From a bacterium (GTDB lineage Bacteria > SAR324 > JACQKK01), in NCBI GenBank assembly GCA_965240465.1, contig OZ251219.1, forward strand, positions 1,088,001-1,152,000: a stretch of DNA of 64,000 nt. The letters are read 5' to 3'. Positions 1 through 8,884 of the stretch are shown piece after piece. Within the stretch, counting starts at the first letter, position 1. Each line of letters opens with the position of its first letter. Position numbers and translations under genes: made by a program. A model generated the notes under the pieces. It made no database searches, was not told where the DNA came from, and worked only from the letters and a program-made list of their open reading frames with translations.

Positions 1-71
1 AAGCTGGGAAGTTTTACAGTGCCTATCAAGAAAGGGTGGTGTTTTTAACTAGCGATGTATGAAGGTTACGA

Positions 72-1064
72 ATGGTTAGAATAATAGCGTTTTTGTTAGG
101 GGTGGTGGGATTAGTGCTGTGGTTGGTATATGTATTTGTGCCGCTTCTGGATGAGGTTCGGTATGCACAACGTGGCGAGCAATCTAGTTTGATTGGGAAT
201 AAGACTGAGGTTCAAGCTGGATTACAAACCGAGAATGGATCTATTTTAGTTAAAAGAGCAGTGAAATTGGTGGGAAAAGAGGATTTAGGGCGTCCTTTGA
301 CGGAGGTGCGGGGACGAGTGGGTGAATATTTAGAGGTAAAGTTACGTTTGGAAGAATCTTTGAGAGGGCGGATTGTACGCCAGCTAGAGCCTTTGACGGG
401 AGACGGACGAGTGCAAGTTTCCGTGTTTGCTGATCTACGAGCTGGGGGTAGCGAAGAGGATTTTTCTGAGAAAGCGTATTTGGAGTTAGCGGAGTCAAGG
501 TTTTCTGAGACCCAAATTGAACGCTTGAGTATTTCACTGTTGTTAGGTAGGCGTCCAGTAGCAGCCGTTGCGGGAGAAGGTCTAGGGGCAGGCTATGATG
601 AATGGAGTACTTGGGAACAAAGACAGATTGAACAGTTAGTCAAGGGGGCAGTGGGTTTCAATGAAGCACGGGGAGATACGCTAAAAATGGCTATCCTTAC
701 TCTGGAAGGCGATGCAAAAACCTCGTTCTTGCCTTTAGTAAGCAAGCAATCAGTAGCAGATACAGTTAAGGGCTCTACACTAGGAATTCAACCTGCTAGG
801 GGGGTCTTTTTCCTTGGGGGATCCCTAGGCTTGCTACTACTTTTAGTCCTGCTGGTGATCTTGCCGACAAGTAACAAAAAGCATCCGTTGCCACCAGAAT
901 CTCATTTTAACAGAGATGATAACCACCCAGAGAGCAATCCATTTGGTAGTGAGTTTGATGCCGCTACCTTCTCACCAGTAGCACCTGTCCGCAGGCAAGC
1001 CATCTCTGCGGCAAAAGAAGACCCCCAAACAACTGCCCGAATCCTAGAAGAGTGGCTTAGTTGA
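72..1064 (+). CDS. Short FliF-like (flagellar MS-ring C-terminal domain) membrane protein
   Basis: N-terminal TM; LEESLRGRIVRQLEPLTGDGRVQVSVFADL, IERLSISLLL and QIEQLVKGAVGFNEARGDTL resemble FliF RBM3; second TM; FliF-type tail AKEDPQTTARILEEWLS. 330 aa, much shorter than canonical FliF. Confidence 0.7.
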   Translation: MVRIIAFLLGVVGLVLWLVYVFVPLLDEVRYAQRGEQSSLIGNKTEVQAGLQTENGSILVKRAVKLVGKEDLGRPLTEVRGRVGEYLEVKLRLEESLRGRIVRQLEPLTGDGRVQVSVFADLRAGGSEEDFSEKAYLELAESRFSETQIERLSISLLLGRRPVAAVAGEGLGAGYDEWSTWEQRQIEQLVKGAVGFNEARGDTLKMAILTLEGDAKTSFLPLVSKQSVADTVKGSTLGIQPARGVFFLGGSLGLLLLLVLLVILPTSNKKHPLPPESHFNRDDNHPESNPFGSEFDAATFSPVAPVRRQAISAAKEDPQTTARILEEWLS

Positions 1065-1974
1065 TATTCTCGCACTTAGCTACGATATCGGAGGTTCTTG
1101 GTTTAATTTTACGGAATATGCGTCCATCGGCAACAACCAACCCTGATAAGATTATGGACATGCCAATCCATTCACGAACGCTAATCACCTCTTGAAAAAA
1201 TAGTACTCCCATGATGGTAGCAAATATGGGAATCAACATTACCGTCAGTACGGCATTTACTACTCCTGCTTCACGCACCAAGATGAAAAACAGTAAGAAG
1301 GCAATCGCAGATGAAAAAAATCCTAAACTCAACAAAGACAGCACCAGCGTCAAAGAAAATTCAGGCCAGTCGGTATTAGTCCAGAGTACCCACGGCGATA
1401 AGATAATAAAGCTGGTTAGCATCATGCCAGCACAGTTAGCAACATTGTCTATGTGTTTCATGCTATTTCTGATGTACACCCCATTAACCCCATAAAACAT
1501 CACGGCTAGTGTCACTAAAGATCCACCTAGGATGGGATTAGACCCTGCCTCGCCTGTTGCTCCGAACAGCACGATTATCCCTGTTATACCCATCAAGATA
1601 CTCAATAAACGTATGACGGTTATCTTATCATCTGTAGTGAAATAGTGGGCGGCCACCAAAGCAAAAAAAGGAGTAGTGGAATTAAAAACAGCGGTCATGC
1701 TAACACCGATAAAATTCTGCCCCCAAGCAATAAAAGTGACTGGGAGGGCAAAGCCAAATGCTCCTGCCACAAAATAATGACGAAAATTCTGTCGGAGGTT
1801 GAAGGGAATTTTCTTCCACCTCATCCAAGTTATCAAGGTTATAAATGCAATGACAGATCTAATCATCACAATGCTGGAAGGTGGTAATTGCTGAACCACA
1901 ATTTTATTAAACACAAAACTTAACGCCCATAAGAAACTCAGAGTTACCAGCATTATCCAACAACGGGTGTTCAT
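1057..1974 (-). CDS. DMT/EamA family transporter
   Basis: About 10 TM helices in two repeats; LWALSF near N-terminus, NSTTPFF, LIPIFATIMGVLFFQE. Confidence 0.9.
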   Translation of the reverse strand: MNTRCWIMLVTLSFLWALSFVFNKIVVQQLPPSSIVMIRSVIAFITLITWMRWKKIPFNLRQNFRHYFVAGAFGFALPVTFIAWGQNFIGVSMTAVFNSTTPFFALVAAHYFTTDDKITVIRLLSILMGITGIIVLFGATGEAGSNPILGGSLVTLAVMFYGVNGVYIRNSMKHIDNVANCAGMMLTSFIILSPWVLWTNTDWPEFSLTLVLSLLSLGFFSSAIAFLLFFILVREAGVVNAVLTVMLIPIFATIMGVLFFQEVISVREWIGMSIILSGLVVADGRIFRKIKPRTSDIVAKCENIN

Positions 1975-2129
1975 TAAAAATACCTAACAGTTGAGTTAAA
2001 AAAGAGATGTACCCTAAACGGGTTAGCCGTTTTACCAGCTACATGTGCCTCGTTTGGATATATTTCAGTAGAACTAAAGCATACAAGAACTGCATGATTA
2101 CAGCAGTTCCAGTATATGTCAACAGTTGC

Positions 2130-3821
2130 CTAAGGGTCAGGTTTCGCTTTGGTGATCAGAGGAGGATGATTAGTCAGCCATTCAGCAGCAGAAACGATGC
2201 CATCCAGTAGCATAGAGGCAGTAAAGCTACACGAGGGAATACGTTGTATATCTCGGGAAAGCCCATGCCAACTGACTCCCAGAGCAGCAGCCCTCATAGC
2301 AGGCAGTCCTTGAGCGAGTAATCCGCCTAGCATTCCGCTTAAAACATCACCACTGCCTGCGGTAGCAAGGCCTTCATCACCACTAGTATTGATGAGTGCC
2401 GTTCCATCGGGGGCAGCTACCACGGTTGCGGCACCCTTCAGTACCACCACCGCCTGAGTAAGTCGTGCTGCCCAACGTGCCCGATCAATACGCTCCTTTG
2501 CCAAACTGTCTTTGGATATCCCAAACAAGCGACAAAATTCGCCTGCATGAGGAGTAATGATGGTGACTGCCAGTCTATTTTTTAGCAATAGCAGATCAGC
2601 TTTGGTGGTGAAATCCAACGCGTTTAGAGCATCGGCATCCAGCACCAAAGGCAAGGGTGAATGTAGCATGCACCTTACAAACTCGGCTGTTTCCGATGCC
2701 AGACCCAAGCCACAGCCCATTACTAAGGCGTGCCTGTTTGAATCTTGTTTGCCGGCATTTTTTCTAGTGCTAGGGTCGTTAAGGGAGAGAAAATGCTCGG
2801 CATCTGGGGCTTCAAAGTGTTCTATGTTGGTGGTTCGGGGGACAGATGAGGTCATTAGTTCTGGAGCTTGCGATACAAATTTATCCAGCAGAGCCGGTGG
2901 AACGCCCAGAGTGACCAAGCCTGCTCCTACTCTCAAGGCTGCTTGTCCAGCTAGCCATGTAGCTCCTGCCATTCCTTGACTACCTGTTAGACATAGAACC
3001 TTTCCCCTTTCCCATTTGTGGGCTTGGGGTTTTGATTTAGGCATCCAAGTTGCTGCTACCTGTGGAGTAAGTAGCCACAAGGGGGCATCCTTGGGAGACC
3101 ACCAAGCAGGAACTGCGATGGAAACAATTTTAGTACGACCCGCTAGTTCAACTCCCGGGTGTTGATACAAACCGGGCTGGGGCACTTGAAAACAGCAGGT
3201 AAGATCACAACGACAGGCATCCCCCTGCACCATTCCGTTCCATCCGTCCACCCCAGAAGGTATGTCAACCGCCAGCTTAAAAGCAGTAGCCTGATTAAAA
3301 CAGCACACCAATTCTTTAGCATCGCCAGCCAAGGGTTTTTTCAACCCTGTACCAAATAGGGCATCCACCAGCACAGCAGCTTCTTGTATGGTGGACACCA
3401 CCCTGATATGTTCCTCTGGCCATCTCAGGGTCACACCCAAGGCTTGCCAAGCCTTAGCATTGGCTTTAGCCTCAGCAGTTTTTGGGGTTCCCAAAGCAAC
3501 TACCACCGCTCGACCACCGGCATTTACTACCAAACGTGCGGCAGCATAGCCATCACCGCCATTATTGCCAATTCCACAGCAAAAAACCGCAGTCTTAGTA
3601 ACCCGATCACCAACCTTACTGCACTCTGATCCTACCGAGGATAGTTGCTCCATCACCAAGTGCATCACTGCAGTGGCAGCATTTTCCATAAGTAGATATG
3701 CAGATAAACCGTGTCTAGCGACAGCACGCTCATCCATGGTAGCCATTTCCTCTGGCGATGCCAGCCTTATCATAGGTGCTTCCTCCAAAGCTCCAATATA
3801 ATCACTAACTTTTGCTACCAA
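2130..3821 (-). CDS. nnr: Bifunctional NAD(P)H-hydrate epimerase/dehydratase
   Basis: LMENAA, GNNGGDG, DALFGTG, DIPSG (YjeF_N) followed by VLDADAL, TPHAGEF, LKGA, LATAGSGDVLSG (YjeF_C). Confidence 0.95.
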   Translation of the reverse strand: MVAKVSDYIGALEEAPMIRLASPEEMATMDERAVARHGLSAYLLMENAATAVMHLVMEQLSSVGSECSKVGDRVTKTAVFCCGIGNNGGDGYAAARLVVNAGGRAVVVALGTPKTAEAKANAKAWQALGVTLRWPEEHIRVVSTIQEAAVLVDALFGTGLKKPLAGDAKELVCCFNQATAFKLAVDIPSGVDGWNGMVQGDACRCDLTCCFQVPQPGLYQHPGVELAGRTKIVSIAVPAWWSPKDAPLWLLTPQVAATWMPKSKPQAHKWERGKVLCLTGSQGMAGATWLAGQAALRVGAGLVTLGVPPALLDKFVSQAPELMTSSVPRTTNIEHFEAPDAEHFLSLNDPSTRKNAGKQDSNRHALVMGCGLGLASETAEFVRCMLHSPLPLVLDADALNALDFTTKADLLLLKNRLAVTIITPHAGEFCRLFGISKDSLAKERIDRARWAARLTQAVVVLKGAATVVAAPDGTALINTSGDEGLATAGSGDVLSGMLGGLLAQGLPAMRAAALGVSWHGLSRDIQRIPSCSFTASMLLDGIVSAAEWLTNHPPLITKAKPDP

Positions 3822-3935
3822 GTACTTCTCCTCCCAAAAAAGCTAGAATGCCAAGTCCTAATAGATAGGCTTGGTATGATGGGGCATCTTATTAAATCAG
3901 CCTCGTCTAGCAAACACGCAAACTCAACTAATCTG

Positions 3936-4235
3936 TCACCATTTGTGAGGCAACAACTCCAGTACCTCTACTCCCATACCATTTTTTGTGTTGACCAACC
4001 GTCCTCTAGCCAACAATCTGCCCTGTGCTAGAATGTCTACCTGTTCGTTGGTAGTGCTTTTAAACTCTAATTCCTTGCCTTCACGCAAGTTAAGCAACTG
4101 CCGAGCCGTCAGTTGAGTTGTTCCTATCACCGCACTCACATTCATAGGTACATTCTCAAAACGACTAAAATTACCAGCTGATTTCCCTCTTTCCCAGCGT
4201 CTTTTTGCCAATTTTTCGCCTAGATTTTCGGTCAT
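3936..4235 (-). CDS. FliM/FliN C-terminal (SpoA) domain protein, FliN-like
   Basis: NVPMNVSAVIG..LTARQLLNLREG..VDILAQGRLLARGRLV..GMGVEV matches the FliN pattern. Confidence 0.75.
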   Translation of the reverse strand: MTENLGEKLAKRRWERGKSAGNFSRFENVPMNVSAVIGTTQLTARQLLNLREGKELEFKSTTNEQVDILAQGRLLARGRLVNTKNGMGVEVLELLPHKW

Positions 4236-4466
4236 AACAAGTGGTCTTTCTAATGTTTTTGCAATATATTATTCTCTACGATTGCTAAATAACTCTACTT
4301 AGATTCTATCTACCAGTAATGCTAATATCTTACCATCTTAATCGCCGACTAATTTTTTAAGTAGCTAAAGTAAATAGAAACAAGTTGTTGGCACATTCTC
4401 AGCATGACATATCGTGAAAAATAAGCTCCCTGGACTATTAAATCTCATAAGCAATCAGTAGTACCC

Positions 4467-5153
4467 ATGTCCCCAACCCAACCCAATCTTTACCGACTGG
4501 ATATCAGCCGTCATAGCCTGCTGGTACTGGTGCTGTTGTTGTGTTTTACTGCAGCTCTGCTATTTTACCTCGGTATGGTGACCGGTCTTGCCAAACGGGA
4601 AGCTAATCCTAGCAATACTCCTCCTCGCAACATCACCAGCCGTGACGCCTCCACAGTGCCTAAGCCCAGTACGCTTGCTTTTAACAGTGCTCTACAGCCG
4701 GGCAAAGATACCATAGAACCGCTCTTCACCCAGCGAGCGGCCTCATTCCAACAAACCCAAAAATTGCTACAGCAAGCTAATCAATTACTTGGTATGCAAA
4801 CTACTGATAGTACCTATCGTATTCCAACCTCAACTGTGACGTCACAAACGCCCCCACCGATATCCGACCTGCCCAAAGCCGCCCTGCTAAGCCCAATCCG
4901 AACCACCTCTGCTGAAAATAAGACTACCCTCTACACCCTGCAGGTGTTCTCTTCCACTAAACTTCAATCTGCACAGCAACTAAAAAATAAACTGCGTGAA
5001 CAAGGCTTTAACGCCTATCTGGAAAAATCTATACTGGGAAAGAAAACTTGGCACCGAGTACGAGTAGGTAAACTACCAAAAAAACAAGCACAAGAACTCA
5101 TACCACAACTAAAGCAACGAGATCTCCAGCCTCAGTTGCTGAAAATACCCTAA
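4467..5153 (+). CDS. SPOR-domain membrane-anchored protein (FtsN/DedD-like)
   Basis: N-terminal TM, low-complexity linker, C-terminal YTLQVFS...LREQGFNAYL...WHRVRVG. Confidence 0.85.
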   Translation: MSPTQPNLYRLDISRHSLLVLVLLLCFTAALLFYLGMVTGLAKREANPSNTPPRNITSRDASTVPKPSTLAFNSALQPGKDTIEPLFTQRAASFQQTQKLLQQANQLLGMQTTDSTYRIPTSTVTSQTPPPISDLPKAALLSPIRTTSAENKTTLYTLQVFSSTKLQSAQQLKNKLREQGFNAYLEKSILGKKTWHRVRVGKLPKKQAQELIPQLKQRDLQPQLLKIP

Positions 5154-5203
5154 AAGATTGCATCATTCCTGAAGCCCATACACATTTGTAGAGTGTCATA
5201 AGA

Positions 5204-5234
5204 TGATCTGGAAAGGATATTCCTCTCCAGATCA
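5204..5234. terminator. Hairpin between the convergent SPOR and hsp20 genes, probable terminator
   Basis: TGATCTGGAAAGGA-TAT-TCCTCTCCAGATCA; the single mismatch becomes a G-U pair on the minus strand. Confidence 0.55.
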
Positions 5235-5256
5235 GCAAAAGGGCTTTTATGGTAGG

Positions 5257-5682
5257 TTATTCGGCCTTAATTCTGGCTTGATTAACCTTGATTTCTCGTG
5301 GAGTGGCTTCTGGCAGTTTAGGGAGTTCCAATTTTAGCACTCCGTATTCAAGGCGGGCAGATATGTTTGCTTCGTCCACCAATTCGCCAAGGCGGAAATT
5401 ACGTTGAAATTCTCCGTAGCAGCGTTCGGAGCGGTACATGCCATTTTCTTCTATTTGAGTCTCTTTTTTATTTCCAGAGATAATTAAAATTCCCTCTTTG
5501 ATTTCCACTTTGATGTCCTTGGCAGCTAAGCCTGGCATCTCTGCGGTAACCACCAGATGGGATTTTTCGTTGTAGATATCCACTTTAGGAATGAAAACAT
5601 TAAGTTGGTCTGCCTCAGGGGTTTTGAAAAAATCTCCCCACATGGTATCCAGCAAGTTGTTTTTGTGATAAGTAGCTTTCAT
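5257..5682 (-). CDS. Hsp20/alpha-crystallin small heat shock protein
   Basis: PKVDIY, AEMPGL, SERCYGEFQRNFRL, ARLEYGVLKLELPK. Confidence 0.95.
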   Translation of the reverse strand: MKATYHKNNLLDTMWGDFFKTPEADQLNVFIPKVDIYNEKSHLVVTAEMPGLAAKDIKVEIKEGILIISGNKKETQIEENGMYRSERCYGEFQRNFRLGELVDEANISARLEYGVLKLELPKLPEATPREIKVNQARIKAE

Positions 5683-5802
5683 AATAATGTACCTCTCTCA
5701 GAAAGAGCCGTTTTACTAACGACTAAGGACGCTATTTAGGCGTCTGGGAAACAAGGAGAAAAAGCATCTCCGTTTTTACAGGGGGAGAATTTCTCTCCTC
5801 TG

Positions 5803-5837
5803 TTAGCACTATAACCAATAAAGTGCCAACTTGTCAA
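5803..5837 (-). promoter_or_regulatory. CIRCE (HrcA operator)-like inverted repeat overlapping a sigma70-type promoter of hsp20
   Basis: 5803-5829 TTAGCACTA-N9-AAGTGCCAA versus consensus TTAGCACTC-N9-GAGTGCTAA; the minus strand reads TTGACA-N18-TATAGT across it. Confidence 0.75.
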
Positions 5838-6172
5838 CTACCCAGCAACGCAAATTCTGTAAATATCACAGAACTAGTTGTTATCATTAAGGATAATCAG
5901 GGTGTATATCGTTGTTCCCCCACCGCTAACCATACAAAAATGCACACTGCAAGATACTCCCCAGCTAGCCATCCTAGCTTGTACCTGCTTTCGCCAAAAA
6001 TGGGCTGGATCTTAGAAAAAAAGAGCGAGAGACACTAGCAGTGCCACGGTCAGGATAATGCCAGAGATAATAGTGCCAGATATGCTATCCAACGGATTTT
6101 TCATGTGGTTCTCCATAGGGTTATTGGTAGTAAAAAAAGAGAGGTGCTTAGTGGTGGTGTTTTGTGATGAAT

Positions 6173-6772
6173 TTAACCGCGTAGAAATCGTACAAATGTC
6201 AGCAACCCTACCACTACACCAATGACAAGAATGCTATAAACTCCAGTGAGCGAGCCTTGATAAAACACCCATGGCCCGTGCGGGGAAGCTCCCATAAAAA
6301 ATAGCATTGGGATGGAATACAACGTGTTGAGGCGTGAGGCTAGAAAAGCTGTTCGTCTGTTTTTGGAAACGTCTTGAGAGTTTTTGTTTGCTACGGAAGC
6401 GATGATTAGTTTTTGGTTAGGCCAGATTACAAACCATACATTGAACCACATCAAGCTACCAAGTATTGAACCTATGAGAATATAAATACCGCGAGAGCTG
6501 CTCCAATAAATGCCACCGAAAATAGTATGGTTGATGCACAGCATTATCAGGCCTGCTACAAAGGTAACCATAGCCGCCCAGCGAAACCACCAGAGAGCTG
6601 AAGGTAGCAAATTCAGGGTTACATCCTTCTTAGTTTCATTAGAAGCTTTGGCTAAAAAGGGAACTTGAACAAAATTGAAATAATAAAGGAGCCCAATCCA
6701 GGTAATTCCCGCCAGAAAATGCGTCCAGCGTAGCAGGCCAAACCAGCCATTGATATCAAGTAATTCGTTCAT
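6173..6772 (-). CDS. Membrane protein of the urate hydroxylase PuuD N-terminal (Urate_ox_N) family
   Basis: LLRWTHFLAGITWIGLLYYFNFVQ, LWWFRWAA, MWFNVWFVIWPNQK, ASRLNT..SIPMLFFM; no CxxCH cytochrome domain. Confidence 0.7.
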   Translation of the reverse strand: MNELLDINGWFGLLRWTHFLAGITWIGLLYYFNFVQVPFLAKASNETKKDVTLNLLPSALWWFRWAAMVTFVAGLIMLCINHTIFGGIYWSSSRGIYILIGSILGSLMWFNVWFVIWPNQKLIIASVANKNSQDVSKNRRTAFLASRLNTLYSIPMLFFMGASPHGPWVFYQGSLTGVYSILVIGVVVGLLTFVRFLRG

Positions 6773-7052
6773 GATTTGTTCCTTAGGTTAGGGGGGGTAT
6801 ATGTTGTCTGTTAATGTAGAGAAAAAGTTTGCAGCATAAAACAACTCAGCTAGATAATGTCCGATGCTAATGGTAGATAGATTGTTTTGTCAACAGGCAA
6901 TTGCGAGGTAATTTGTCCTTACTTTTTGGGTGGTACTTTTTCAAACAGTTGACATTGTCCGTTAAAAAAGTTGATTTTTAATGCAATTGAGGGTTAATGG
7001 TACTGGGGGTTTTGTTGTGGCACGCTTGATTAGCTTATTTTTAATGTGATTT

Positions 7053-7586
7053 ATGAAGAATGATATTCACCCTGAGTTAAAATCCACTGAATTTAATTGT
7101 GCATGTGGCAAGAGTTTTACTTCTTTGTCTGTGTTGGGTGGTGGTGTTCACCTGGATATTTGTGCAGCTTGCCATCCTTTTTTCACGGGCAATGAAAAAT
7201 TGCTGGATACCGCCGGACGGATTGAAAGATTCAAGAGTCGTTATGACCGTCCCCAGCCTGTAAAAGATAAAGCTAAACCTAGTAAATCATCGGGTCAGGA
7301 AGCCAGAGAGAAACTGGTGATTAAACCAAAATCTGTTAAAAAACCGCGGTTGCTTTCGCATGGTAGAAATTTGGCTAACAAGGTCGCTAAGAACGCAAAA
7401 ACTGAGAACGCAAAAACTGAGAACGCAAAAGACGAAAAATCCACCACCAATAAACTGCCTCTTGCCGGCAAGACCGTGACACAAACCGTAGTACAAACGG
7501 ATGCGAGTAAAACAGATGAAGACAAGTCCGCGGTATCACAAAAAGATGAAAGCAAACCTGCCACCCTAAATACCGATTCTGCTTAG
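7053..7586 (+). CDS. rpmE: 50S ribosomal protein L31 (Zn-binding type) with long C-terminal extension
   Basis: MKNDIHP..CACG..DICAACHPFFTG..DTAGRIERF, then about 110 aa of K/T/A/D-rich tail. Confidence 0.93.
   Translation: MKNDIHPELKSTEFNCACGKSFTSLSVLGGGVHLDICAACHPFFTGNEKLLDTAGRIERFKSRYDRPQPVKDKAKPSKSSGQEAREKLVIKPKSVKKPRLLSHGRNLANKVAKNAKTENAKTENAKDEKSTTNKLPLAGKTVTQTVVQTDASKTDEDKSAVSQKDESKPATLNTDSA
7391..7435. repeat. 15-bp tandem repeat x3 in the rpmE tail (NAKTE)
   Basis: GAACGCAAAAACTGA x2 plus GAACGCAAAAGACGA. Confidence 0.9.
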
Positions 7587-7624
7587 AGCGTTTCGATTAG
7601 AGTATTTCGATTAGAGTATTTTGA
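7583..7624. repeat. 14-bp tandem repeat x3 filling the rpmE-prfA intergenic region
   Basis: TTAGAGCGTTTCGA TTAGAGTATTTCGA TTAGAGTATTTTGA. Confidence 0.9.
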
Positions 7625-8697
7625 AAGAACATGTATTATCAGATAAAGCACGGGCAAGGATTCCCGCACTGGAGGAGCGTTATCAGGAGATTTCCCACCA
7701 ATTGGCAGACCCTAGTATCGTATCTGATGCCAAGCGTTTGCGAGATTTAGGTCGGGAGCATGCTACCCTCCAGCCCTTGATTAAAGCTTGGCAGGATTGT
7801 CAGAACCTGCAGGCTGAAGTGGATTCTCATCAGCGTTTGCTGGATGACCAGCATGAAGATGAAGAACTGAAACAGCTGGTAGCAGAAGAACTGCCTCAGC
7901 TAAAAATCCGTCTGGCTACCTGTGAGCAAGAATTGGGCATGCTGCTAGCACCCAAAGACCCTCTCCACGATGCCCATGTCATTTTGGAAGTGCGAGCAGG
8001 GACTGGTGGAGAAGAAGCCTCGTTGTTTGCTGCCGATCTGGTACGTACCTACACTCGCTATGCCGAAAGACAAGGCTGGATTTATGAAAACATCAACCTG
8101 CAAGCCAGTGAGAGCGGTGGCATTAAGGAAGCCTTGTTATCTATTCAAGGCAAAGGTGTTTATGGCAAATTAAAGTACGAAAGCGGTGTACATCGGGTGC
8201 AACGAGTTCCCAGAACCGAATCCCAAGGGCGTATTCATACCTCTGCAGCCACGGTGGTGGTACTACCAGAGGCGGAAGAAGTTCTAGCGGAAATACAGCC
8301 TCAAGATATCCGCATTGATGTGTTTCGCTCATCCGGACCAGGCGGACAAAGTGTCAACACTACCGATTCCGCGGTACGCATCACTCATCTGCCTACCGGC
8401 ATCTCTGCTCAAAGCCAAGATGAAAAATCTCAGCACAAAAATAAGTCCCGGGCTATGAAGGTTTTGCAAGCCCGCCTGTTTGACCGCCTCCAACAAGAAC
8501 AAATACGCCAGCAAAGTGAACAACGCCGCGATATGATCGGATCTGGGGATCGTAGTGAACGCATCCGTACCTATAACTTTCCTCAATCAAGAGTAACTGA
8601 CCATCGCATTGGACTTACCCTACATAAATTGGAAGCTATACTCTCAGGCGATCTGGATGAGCTTATTCAAGCCCTCGCTCAGTACCAGAGCTCCTAG
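7621..8697 (+). CDS. prfA: Peptide chain release factor 1
   Basis: RAGTGGEEA, ESGVHRVQRVPRTE (PxT motif), SGPGGQSVNTTDSAVR, RTYNFPQ; TTG start. Confidence 0.97.
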   Translation: MKEHVLSDKARARIPALEERYQEISHQLADPSIVSDAKRLRDLGREHATLQPLIKAWQDCQNLQAEVDSHQRLLDDQHEDEELKQLVAEELPQLKIRLATCEQELGMLLAPKDPLHDAHVILEVRAGTGGEEASLFAADLVRTYTRYAERQGWIYENINLQASESGGIKEALLSIQGKGVYGKLKYESGVHRVQRVPRTESQGRIHTSAATVVVLPEAEEVLAEIQPQDIRIDVFRSSGPGGQSVNTTDSAVRITHLPTGISAQSQDEKSQHKNKSRAMKVLQARLFDRLQQEQIRQQSEQRRDMIGSGDRSERIRTYNFPQSRVTDHRIGLTLHKLEAILSGDLDELIQALAQYQSS

Positions 8698-8884
8698 CCC
8701 TTGGCATCAATAGTTCAGGAGGAATTACATAAGAACTGGTGGCTTAAAAAGAAACAACTTAAATCTAAAAAGGGGATAACTCTAAATTTTTAGTTTTTCG
8801 TGCAAGCATAGTGATAAATCTTGTGGTACAAACTAGGTAGTGGGTAAATATGTTTTATGGGTATGATTAGACACGGAGGTCTAC

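Noticed and set aside
6040-6085. Additional minisatellite (GATAAT..GCCAGA)
   Set aside because: Too degenerate and irregular in period to call.
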